From IMG/VR virus record IMGVR_UViG_3300045988_122766: a DNA stretch of 40,283 nt; one strand, written 5' to 3'. The notes under the pieces are model-generated. The model did no database searches and had not been told where the DNA came from. It saw only the letters and a program-made list of their open reading frames with translations. Every line of letters begins with the position of its first letter. Positions within the stretch are counted from its first letter, which is position 1. The position numbers and the translations under genes are program-made. This document shows positions 7,972-15,011 of the stretch, piece by piece. The DNA comes from a virus.

Positions 7972-9063
7972 TTATTCCTTTAAGTCTAGTACGTCGTGAA
8001 TATTAAAGTTGTATTCTTTTGATAGGACTTGAAAATCTGTCACACGCCCTAACATATTTTTTCCAAAGCCGTTATAATGTTTTTTTATAAACTCGATTGC
8101 ACTTCTTTTGTCTGAAATGTTGTCATAATCGGCGTGTCTTTCTTTGAAATTTATATCTGCCAATCGTGAGTCTTCCGCCATACGCTTAAATTTTTTCTCG
8201 CTTTCAGCTTGTTCCTGTTCTTGTTGCTCTTCCGATTTACCTGTAAAATTCCAAGTGTCGTTGTAGCATAAATCCCAATTGTCTAAGATTTGAGTTAGAT
8301 TTGGTTTTTTAATAACATTGTCGATTTTCCAGCCACGATTGGCATTTTTGAACATCTTTGTCCAATCCTCAAGCGTAATCATTCTGCCGTCAATGCGTTC
8401 TTTTTGGATAATATTTTCAATTGTTTGGCGATTTTTATTAGATACAGCTTGATTTCTTTTTAAAATTTTGTTGTGTATAACAATGACATCTTGCGGAGTA
8501 TAAGGTAATTCGGTCGGTGTTTCATCTTCTTCAACAATAGGTGTCGGAGTTTCGTAACCGTCCTTGTCTTGTGTATCATAATCTAAAGGAGTTTGCGGTT
8601 TAATGCCTTCCGCTTGTGTGCTATTTAAGCCTTTAACTCCGCAAGCGTCTTCTTGTGTTTTGGTAGTACCTTCTTGTGTACCTGTGCCGTTTTGAGTTTC
8701 TGCTTCGGCTTTGCGTTTAGCTTCTCTCATTTCAACAGCTTTTCTTGCAGATTTTGATTTACTTTCAATCTCAAATTTTTGTAATTCAATTCGTTCTGAA
8801 GTGTAAATCTTTTTACCCTTGCGTTCGGCACGGTAAAATAAATCATAGTTATCAAGAATTCGTTGTATAATGTCTTCGTCTTCTCTAAAATGATTAGCGA
8901 TAATATCAATCTCATCTTGGTAAATTTCATCACGATAAGCGAACTCAACCAATCGCCAATAAATACCGTAGCCTTTGTTACCTTCTCGGGCTAACAGTTT
9001 TACAATTTTTGGGTCGCATTCTGCGTTTATATCGTGTTTAAAAAATGGGTTCTGTATTTTCAA
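7972..9063 (-). CDS. Putative phage replication initiation / replisome-organizer protein
   Basis: 363 aa. The N-terminal GYGIYWRLVEFAYRD segment resembles Lin1244/Lin1753-type (DUF4373) phage replication protein N-domains. An acidic T/E/P-rich linker follows. The C-terminal region resembles conserved phage replisome-organizer C-termini. Confidence 0.4.
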   Translation of the reverse strand: MKIQNPFFKHDINAECDPKIVKLLAREGNKGYGIYWRLVEFAYRDEIYQDEIDIIANHFREDEDIIQRILDNYDLFYRAERKGKKIYTSERIELQKFEIESKSKSARKAVEMREAKRKAEAETQNGTGTQEGTTKTQEDACGVKGLNSTQAEGIKPQTPLDYDTQDKDGYETPTPIVEEDETPTELPYTPQDVIVIHNKILKRNQAVSNKNRQTIENIIQKERIDGRMITLEDWTKMFKNANRGWKIDNVIKKPNLTQILDNWDLCYNDTWNFTGKSEEQQEQEQAESEKKFKRMAEDSRLADINFKERHADYDNISDKRSAIEFIKKHYNGFGKNMLGRVTDFQVLSKEYNFNIHDVLDLKE

Positions 9064-9316
9064 TTTTAACTTCCTTTTTTTGGGGTTTTCCGATTAGTCT
9101 AATTAGTTCTAGGACCGTTGCCTTCATTTGGCAAGGTCGACGTTTTGGGTCTTTTTTAAACTCAACCTTTGGGTCGTAAGAAATTTGTTGACGTACTATT
9201 TTGTCAAGTAGACAACCTTCACATTTGCAATGGCGCTCATAACAATCAAGCGCGGTTTTGTTCCAATAAAGGTATCTTGATTTTGCTGTAAAGCCGATAT
9301 CATTTTTCTTAGACAT
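9038..9316 (-). CDS. Hypothetical Cys-rich protein
   Basis: 92 aa with CYERHCKCEGC. Confidence 0.35.
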   Translation of the reverse strand: MSKKNDIGFTAKSRYLYWNKTALDCYERHCKCEGCLLDKIVRQQISYDPKVEFKKDPKRRPCQMKATVLELIRLIGKPQKKEVKIENTEPIF

Positions 9317-9530
9317 TTCTGCAAACCTTTAAATTTCCGTACTTGTCAATTCTTCCTGCTGTAATCCATTGGTTGACAATGTCAACTGCTCGCAATACCG
9401 CGCTTTTTTCAACAATTTCGCTTGTCATATCAAGCACTACGAAATAATCAGTCATTCTGTTTATTAGTTCTTGCAAGTTGATTGCTCGTAGTTTGCGAAT
9501 ACTTTGGCGTCTGCTTTTCTTCAAATCCAT
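9309..9530 (-). CDS. Hypothetical small protein, first gene of the leftward early operon
   Basis: Start placed at the internal ATG (MDLKKSRRQ), which has the strong ribosome-binding site AGGAGTAGAAATG. About 73 aa, basic. It abuts the switch region. Confidence 0.45.
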   Translation of the reverse strand: MDLKKSRRQSIRKLRAINLQELINRMTDYFVVLDMTSEIVEKSAVLRAVDIVNQWITAGRIDKYGNLKVCRNV

Positions 9531-9589
9531 TTCTACTCCTAGCTTGTTTTTGTTTGAAATGTTCAGGGGCAATGTATAAATTTTCAATT

Positions 9590-9779
9590 CTGAACATTTG
9601 GGGTTGTGTCATTTTTTTAAGTCCTCAATTTTGCAATTCTAATTTACAAAATCATTCGTTTGGTGTATTCTATTTTTCAAGAACATTTGATAAACTGATT
9701 GTAAATCTATGATAATACTTTTGTCAATCTATACTAAAATAAGTATTTACATAAGTTTACAATTATCGGGCAAAAACAC
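9590..9779. promoter_or_regulatory. Divergent genetic-switch intergenic region with repeated 8-mer TTGTAAAT/ATTTACAA and a candidate sigma70 promoter
   Basis: Copies of ATTTACAA at 9642..9649, TTGTAAAT at 9699..9706, ATTTACAT at 9745..9752 and TTTACAAT at 9756..9763. TTGATA (9687..9692), an 18-nt spacer and GATAAT (9711..9716) point towards the xre gene at 9780. Confidence 0.45.
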
Positions 9780-10079
9780 ATGACTACTCAAGGCGAACGA
9801 TTAAAAAATATCAGAAGAAAATTAGGGCTTTCTCAAGCTGAATTAGGCGAAAAACTTGGATTTTCTAAACAATATCTATCAAACATTGAGGCTGATAGAA
9901 ATTTAATGAATAATGACAAGTTAGTCAAGCTGTTAGTTGACTTTAATGTAAACATCAATTATCTTCTTGCGGGTGTTGGTGAAATGTTCAACACTCCGAC
10001 ATCTAATGAAGACTTTAGAAATTCTGAAATGATTAGCCTTATTGATGAAGCGCTTAAACGACACGGTCTAATCAAATAA
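9780..10079 (+). CDS. XRE-family HTH transcriptional regulator (Cro/CI-like)
   Basis: 99 aa. LKNIRRKLGLSQAELGEKLGFSKQYLSNIE is a canonical XRE HTH. No S24 peptidase domain. Confidence 0.8.
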   Translation: MTTQGERLKNIRRKLGLSQAELGEKLGFSKQYLSNIEADRNLMNNDKLVKLLVDFNVNINYLLAGVGEMFNTPTSNEDFRNSEMISLIDEALKRHGLIK

Positions 10080-10251
10080 AGTTCAACAGTTCGCTTAAAA
10101 TTTTTGCAGCTCTCTTTTTGCCGTATGTTTTATACAAGGCATACGAAACTTGAATAAGTACGATACGCATACATAATCTCTCTTTCATTTTTTGCTATTT
10201 ATTACTATTTCGGGTAAGTTGTGATAAAAAGTTAAGCAAAAAGTTTGACTA

Positions 10252-10280
10252 AAATCTACACACTATTAGGGTGTAGATTT
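10252..10280. promoter_or_regulatory. 10-bp perfect inverted repeat AAATCTACAC-N9-GTGTAGATTT (candidate operator) next to a -10-like TATAAAAT
   Basis: The repeat arms lie at 10252..10261 and 10271..10280. TATAAA at 10294..10299 is immediately before the xre2 ATG at 10307, so the transcript may be leaderless. Confidence 0.45.
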
Positions 10281-10306
10281 GATGAAAAATTGCTATAAAA
10301 TAGGAT

Positions 10307-10519
10307 ATGAATAACTTGTTTAAATCGGTTGGTTTCAGAATAGCAAAAAACAGAATATTATTGAATTTAAGCCAAGAAAAATTAGCGGAACTTGCACACG
10401 TAAGCCGTAATTTTATAGGCTGTGTTGAACGTGCTGAACGTCGTCCGTCTATCAATACTTTGTTAAGAATTGCAAAAGCTCTTAATATTTCGCTTGAGGA
10501 ACTCTTTAAAGATTTTTAA
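10307..10519 (+). CDS. XRE-family HTH transcriptional regulator (second copy)
   Basis: 70 aa. LSQEKLAELAHVSRNFIGCVERAERRPSINTLLRIAKAL is an XRE HTH. Confidence 0.75.
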   Translation: MNNLFKSVGFRIAKNRILLNLSQEKLAELAHVSRNFIGCVERAERRPSINTLLRIAKALNISLEELFKDF

Positions 10520-10558
10520 TTTTATGTTAGGTTAAAAACACTAAAAGAAAGGGCAATT

Positions 10559-10741
10559 GTGAAAGAATTTATAAAAAAAGAATGGTTCAAGTTAGCGTTC
10601 ATCATTTTATTTGTTGTCTTATTGTTAGAGCTTAATGCAATAAACAGCACTCTAAACAAAGTTAAAAACGAAGTAGGGGCAATTGATTCTATTGGTATAA
10701 CAAATGAATTAAGAGATATTAGCTTAAATCTAACTAGATAA
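10559..10741 (+). CDS. Small membrane protein (1 TM), GTG start
   Basis: 60 aa. The hydrophobic helix FKLAFIILFVVLLLEL is present. The ribosome-binding site is AAAGAAAGGG. Confidence 0.4.
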   Translation: MKEFIKKEWFKLAFIILFVVLLLELNAINSTLNKVKNEVGAIDSIGITNELRDISLNLTR

Positions 10742-10758
10742 TATCTGAAGGAATAAAA

Positions 10759-11034
10759 ATGTACCAACGTCACAACGCTTTAATAATTTCTTGTTTCTTT
10801 AATTTTTTACCGCTAATTTTACTTTTATCCATTTTTAAAAGTTCTAAGGTTTTATTGCTTGTTTCTATTCTTGCAATTGCCGTTACGACATATTTTTTTA
10901 TGGGAAAAATTGAAACTGTCTTAGATAAATTATTCGTGAATGTTGACGAGGCTTTACAAGAAAAAATAATGTTATTTTTTAATGTAGCTTGTGTTCTTGA
11001 AGTGGTAATTATAGGATCTCTGATTAATGCGTAG
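10759..11034 (+). CDS. Small integral membrane protein (about 3 TM)
   Basis: 91 aa with three hydrophobic segments. GAAGGA ribosome-binding site. Confidence 0.5.
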   Translation: MYQRHNALIISCFFNFLPLILLLSIFKSSKVLLLVSILAIAVTTYFFMGKIETVLDKLFVNVDEALQEKIMLFFNVACVLEVVIIGSLINA

Positions 11035-11428
11035 AATTTTTGTTTTGTTTACAGTTTTATTTTTGTTTCAATCGCAAGCTATGAGTGCAAAACTTTATAA
11101 TGAGCATTGGTATCAAAATCAATGGTGTACTCGTTGGGGCGGTCGACAAGAGGTCAAACTAGAAGACTTTACGCGCATTGATTGTGTAACAAAAAACTAT
11201 GTTGTTGAATTCGATTTCGGGCGTAAGTGGGCAGAATGTCTAGGACAGTCACTACATTATAGCGCAATGACAGGCAAAAAGGGGGCTTGTATTTTAATTC
11301 TTGAAAAGCCGTCAGATTACAAGTATTTTGAGCGTTTGCGCCTTCTTGGTAAAAAACACGGCATTCAAGTTTGGTATATGAAAAGTCCGCTTTATACAAC
11401 CAACGGAAAACTCATTTTAGGATTTTAA
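11027..11428 (+). CDS. Secreted protein with N-terminal signal peptide
   Basis: 133 aa. MRRIFVLFTVLFLFQSQAMSA is a type-I signal peptide. The gene is followed by a strong terminator. Confidence 0.5.
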   Translation: MRRIFVLFTVLFLFQSQAMSAKLYNEHWYQNQWCTRWGGRQEVKLEDFTRIDCVTKNYVVEFDFGRKWAECLGQSLHYSAMTGKKGACILILEKPSDYKYFERLRLLGKKHGIQVWYMKSPLYTTNGKLILGF

Positions 11429-11436
11429 AAATCATC

Positions 11437-11468
11437 AAAAGAAGTGAAAAATTTTTCACTTCTTTTTT
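11437..11468 (+). terminator. Rho-independent terminator
   Basis: Perfect palindrome GAAGTGAAAAA/TTTTTCACTTC (11441..11462) followed by TTTTTT. Confidence 0.8.
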
Positions 11469-11538
11469 ATGCAAAAAATAAAATTTAAAAAAAATCGAAC
11501 GGCTGAAACACAAACTACATTTATTTTTTTAATCGGTC

Positions 11539-11579
11539 GATAATCGGACGATAAACAATCGGTAAAACGTCCGATTATC
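11539..11579. repeat. GATAATC-N4-GATAAAC phased repeat plus the distal inverted copy GATTATC, within a 12-bp inverted repeat
   Basis: CGATAATCGGACG...CGTCCGATTATC is a perfect 12-bp inverted repeat. GATAATC at 11539 and GATAAAC at 11550 are 11 bp apart. AATCGG occurs three times nearby. Confidence 0.8.
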
Positions 11580-11580
11580 C

Positions 11581-11610
11581 ATAAGAGAAGATAAGAGAAG
11601 ATAAGAGAAG
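11581..11610. repeat. Tandem decamer (ATAAGAGAAG)x3
   Basis: Three perfect tandem copies, followed by the CCCCCAAAGGGGG hairpin at 11624..11636. Confidence 0.9.
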
Positions 11611-11896
11611 AATACCCCCATATCCCCCAAAGGGGGAGAGTGTAAAAAATTAAAAATCACGACAAAAACGGCGCATAATTTCAATGTGTCAAAAAGCCCT
11701 TAGAAAGGGGTATACAAAAAACGCTCTCTCGGAAATTCCATTATAGAAGGGAAAGTAACCCGTGCGCAAAAATTTCAAATTTCAAACACGTCAAATTACA
11801 TCAAAAACGAAAGCAAACACACGTTACAACTGCACTACAGGCAATAACACCTTGACGGCTGAAATGCGCATTTAATAATTTGTTACAAAACACTAG

Positions 11897-11919
11897 AACC
11901 CATGAAAAATTCATGGGTT
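11897..11919. repeat. Perfect 10-bp hairpin AACCCATGAA-AAA-TTCATGGGTT
   Basis: Seen directly in the sequence. It is not followed by a T-run, so it may be a binding site or RNA structure rather than a terminator. Confidence 0.8.
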
Positions 11920-11956
11920 TAGCTGGGTGAAAAATTTTAAAACCGTACGTCCAAAG

Positions 11957-11985
11957 TTGACAGAGTTTTAAAAATGGTACATAAT
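11957..11985 (+). promoter_or_regulatory. Near-consensus sigma70 promoter TTGACA-17-CATAAT
   Basis: TTGACA at 11957..11962, a 17-nt spacer, and CATAAT at 11980..11985. It would drive an approximately 200-nt leader to the gene at 12192. The leader contains the long-range pairing CTGTGCCTA(12093..12101)/TAGGCACAG(12163..12171, i.e. 3-29 nt upstream of the ATG), plus short hairpins. Confidence 0.55.
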
Positions 11986-12191
11986 GAGATTGTGCTTTGC
12001 ACGGACGCTCTAGTAAACGAAAACCAAGTAGATACGCTTGGAGCTGATACCTTTGAACGAAGTCGACGTGCGTTAAGAGTACAGAATAACTGTGCCTAAA
12101 CGAAGTAAATAACAAATAAATAGCAAGAAATTCTGAAATAAGATTTTACCATAAGGTTACCACTAGGCACAGTAAGTAGGATAGTTAGAAT

Positions 12192-12575
12192 ATGTTTACC
12201 CATTGCCACACAACATTTCGGACAAAAGACGTATATTTTTTGTTTGATAATAAAGACTTTATGAACCGTCATATCTTTATCGCTATGTGTCCAAAGTGTA
12301 AACAAATATTCACTAAGTTGGTAGAAACAAGAAAGGCAGATAACAAAAGATTTGAAAAAACTCTCATCGGCAATAAAGCAGAAAAGATGTTGAATTCATT
12401 ACGCAATGAAGTAGACATAAAGCAATCAGATTTAGTTCAGAAAAGGGCTAAAATGCACGAACAAAAAGGGATTGTTTACGGTGAGAATATCGAATACAAG
12501 TGCGGTGATGTTGCAAGATATGCGCATTCGTTTATAAACAACAAACGCAAGCTAGTCGGCATTGACCCACAATAA
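12192..12575 (+). CDS. Hypothetical Cys/His-containing protein upstream of terminase (possible Zn-binding regulator or HNH-like)
   Basis: 127 aa. The N-terminal HCH...N..H...CPKC pattern is present. AGGAT ribosome-binding site. Confidence 0.4.
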   Translation: MFTHCHTTFRTKDVYFLFDNKDFMNRHIFIAMCPKCKQIFTKLVETRKADNKRFEKTLIGNKAEKMLNSLRNEVDIKQSDLVQKRAKMHEQKGIVYGENIEYKCGDVARYAHSFINNKRKLVGIDPQ

Positions 12576-12805
12576 AAAAAGCTATTGTAATAGTTATCCA
12601 ACCCACGTAGGCAACGTGTTGTAGACCAAATATTTTTTCCAATTATCAAGCGTGGGTTTTTCTTTAAAGTTTAATGGCTTAGACCGACACCCCCTTTCTT
12701 TTTAAAGTAACAAATTGTCCTAGTAAGTTAATGACGTATTTAGTTCGGTCTAAGTTGACAAAATTTATTTCTCTCTCTTTTCTCATAAAATATTAATTAC
12801 AGTGT

Positions 12806-12829
12806 AGGGCTTAATGCCCTTTTTCTTTT
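12806..12829 (+). terminator. Hairpin-T-run terminator-like element
   Basis: AGGGC-TTAAT-GCCCT followed by TTTTTCTTTTC. A second hairpin, AACCCACG...CGTGGGTT followed by TTTT, lies at about 12610..12670. Confidence 0.45.
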
Positions 12830-12942
12830 CATCAATAAAAACACATATTGACTATTCTTAGTAAAAAATCAAATGTATCGGGCGTGAAGGGGTTCGCGTC
12901 CGTTTTCTTTCAGAAACACAATAGACGAGGGCAAAATAAAAA

Positions 12943-13410
12943 ATGTACGATTTACCTAAACTTACAGCTAAACAAAATCAATTTGTATTAAGTTATTTGA
13001 CCAATGGCAATAACGCAACTCAAGCATATAAGGCAGCTTATGACACTTCAAATATGCAAGATGAAACGATTCATTCGGAAGCGTCAAAATTATTGAAGAA
13101 CGATAAAATCCAACAATGGATTGAGCACTCACAAGCCAAACAACAAGAAGTGATTGAAGAAGAATTAAAGTACACAGCAAAAGAAGCCTTTAATGAGTTT
13201 GAAGCTCTACAAGTAATCGCGCTTAAATGCAAAGATAACAATAGCAATCCTTTGATTGGCGAAGCACGCAAGATGATTGAAAACAAATGCAAACTTGCAG
13301 GCTTGTATAAAGACAATGGTGATATGAATGTTGGTATCACAAACGTAATGCCTTCTGTAACTGTCAACGGTGAAGAACTAGATTTTGGGTTTGAAAAGGC
13401 TGAAAAGTAA
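12943..13410 (+). CDS. terS: Terminase small subunit
   Basis: 155 aa. The N-terminal HTH-like LTAKQNQFVLSYLTNGNNATQAYKAAY is typical of Terminase_2-type small subunits. It lies immediately upstream of, and overlaps the start of, the large subunit. Confidence 0.75.
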   Translation: MYDLPKLTAKQNQFVLSYLTNGNNATQAYKAAYDTSNMQDETIHSEASKLLKNDKIQQWIEHSQAKQQEVIEEELKYTAKEAFNEFEALQVIALKCKDNNSNPLIGEARKMIENKCKLAGLYKDNGDMNVGITNVMPSVTVNGEELDFGFEKAEK

Positions 13411-14753
13411 TGCAAACTCATTATGAACTAGAACTACCTCAAATTCTAAACATACCGCCTAAACTTTATCCGATATTCACAAAGTTTAAACAACACCGAT
13501 TTATTCTATTACACGGCGGTCGTGGCGGTGCTAAATCTCACAGTGTTGCAAGATTACTACTTTACATTGCGGAACATTATAAAGTACGCATATGTTGCGG
13601 TCGTGAAACTCAAAACACCATTGAAGACTCCGTTTACAAAATCTTTATGGGAGTTATCAGAGATAATAATCTGAACTTCTACGAAAGAAATAATAAAATC
13701 TACCACAGGCTTACGGGTTCTGAAATAGTATTCAGAGGATTTAGACAATCGGGTAACGTAAACATTAAAGGTTTGGAAGACTTCGACATTCTTTGGATAG
13801 ACGAAGCAGAAGCAATTACGGAAGAAACATTAGATATCATTATTCCAACAATCCGTAAAGCTGGTTCTAAACTAATATTCACAATGAACCGCAAGCTAAG
13901 ACGTGACCCTGTTTATACGGAAATGGTTAACAAAGAAGAAAATTGTTTAATCATCAAAATCAACTATTACGAAAACCCTTATTGTTCAGCTGAACTAATC
14001 GAAGAAGCTGAAAAAATGAAGGTTAAAAATCCTAAAAAGTACAAGCACGTTTACGAAGGTGAACCAGAGGAAGATTCCGAGTTGATGTTATTCAGCGCTG
14101 ACAAGCTGGATTTAATCAAAAAAGTTAAGATTTACCCAGAACGCATTGAACCATTTAGAAGTATGGCTGTTGATTTATCTGGCGCTGGTGGTGACTTCTG
14201 CGAATGTTCAATTGTAGACCAAGTAATGTCAAGCAAGTACAAAGTGTCAGACATTATCGAATGGCAGATTGCAGATACAGACGTAACTGTCGGTAAAATC
14301 ATCAATCTTTACAAGATGTTTGAACCCGATATCTTAACCTTAGACGCTGACGGTATGGGATATCCGATTTATTGTTCAGTATCAAAAGCCGTTGAAAATT
14401 GCATTGCCTTTCACGGTGCAGGTAAATCCAATCGTGAAAACTGTGCAAATCAAAGGGCAGACGGTTACATAACTCTGCAAGAGTACGTAGATAATCAGTT
14501 TATAATCATTCCGCAAGATAAATGCAGAAATCAATTAGAAACGATTGAAAAAAGATATCAAACGAACGGTGGCAAGATTGTCATTATCCCTAAAAAGGAA
14601 TATCGAGACAAATACGGCGAGTCACCCGATACTGCGGACAGCGTAATGATGAACATTTACTCAATCAATTACAACAAATTTATGAGTAGAAAACAATCTT
14701 ACGGTTTTGAGAATTATGAATATTCTATGGAAGAATACAGCGTTTATGATTAA
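13410..14753 (+). CDS. terL: Terminase large subunit
   Basis: 447 aa. Walker A motif LLHGGRGGAKS, plus a downstream Walker B-like DILWIDEAE. The C-terminal half is nuclease-sized. Confidence 0.88.
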   Translation: MQTHYELELPQILNIPPKLYPIFTKFKQHRFILLHGGRGGAKSHSVARLLLYIAEHYKVRICCGRETQNTIEDSVYKIFMGVIRDNNLNFYERNNKIYHRLTGSEIVFRGFRQSGNVNIKGLEDFDILWIDEAEAITEETLDIIIPTIRKAGSKLIFTMNRKLRRDPVYTEMVNKEENCLIIKINYYENPYCSAELIEEAEKMKVKNPKKYKHVYEGEPEEDSELMLFSADKLDLIKKVKIYPERIEPFRSMAVDLSGAGGDFCECSIVDQVMSSKYKVSDIIEWQIADTDVTVGKIINLYKMFEPDILTLDADGMGYPIYCSVSKAVENCIAFHGAGKSNRENCANQRADGYITLQEYVDNQFIIIPQDKCRNQLETIEKRYQTNGGKIVIIPKKEYRDKYGESPDTADSVMMNIYSINYNKFMSRKQSYGFENYEYSMEEYSVYD

Positions 14754-14756
14754 CGC

Positions 14757-14786
14757 TCGATAATCAAACGATTAACAGAAAGGAAA
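14757..14786. repeat. Phased GATAATC/GATTAAC 11-bp repeat cluster overlapping the late-gene ribosome-binding site
   Basis: CGATAATCAAACGATTAACAGAAAGGAAAC. The CGAT units are 11 bp apart. Confidence 0.8.
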
Positions 14787-14793
14787 CTAAATT

Positions 14794-15009
14794 ATGTGTA
14801 TCGGTTCAGGCGGTGGCGGTTCTACTAAAGTTGTTCAAGCGCCCGTAGAAACAATTGCTACACCAACAATAGCAAATGCAAACGTACAAAAGGCTGGCAG
14901 TGACGCACGTCGACAAGCGTCGGCAGCTGCAAATCAAAATATAAAAACATCTGCAAACGGTCTTAATGACTTTGCAAATACAAATAAAAAGAAATTATTA
15001 GGTGAATAA
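14794..15009 (+). CDS. Hypothetical small protein
   Basis: 71-aa Gly/Ala-rich ORF between the large terminase and the portal. AGAAAGGAAAC ribosome-binding site. Confidence 0.45.
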   Translation: MCIGSGGGGSTKVVQAPVETIATPTIANANVQKAGSDARRQASAAANQNIKTSANGLNDFANTNKKKLLGE

Positions 15010-15011
15010 TA

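Noticed and set aside
10249-10455. 68-aa minus-strand ORF overlapping the second XRE gene
   Set aside because: It lies antisense to a well-supported HTH gene, has no ribosome-binding site, and is hydrophobic and low in complexity.
11581-11610. (ATAAGAGAAG)x3 as a CRISPR array
   Set aside because: The repeats are directly tandem with no spacers, are only 10 bp long, and no cas genes are present. It is a simple tandem repeat or iteron.
11801-12305. Minus-strand ORFs 11801..12115 (104 aa) and 12096..12305 (69 aa) in the non-coding hub
   Set aside because: Their composition is F/L/C-rich and low in complexity, they lack ribosome-binding sites, and they overlap the promoter/leader and the start of the plus-strand gene at 12192. 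They are most likely spurious.
12804-12905. Possible tRNA around GGGCGTGAAGGGGTTCGCGTCC upstream of terS
   Set aside because: GGTTCGCGTCC only loosely resembles a T-loop, and no acceptor stem, D-arm or anticodon arm could be assembled.
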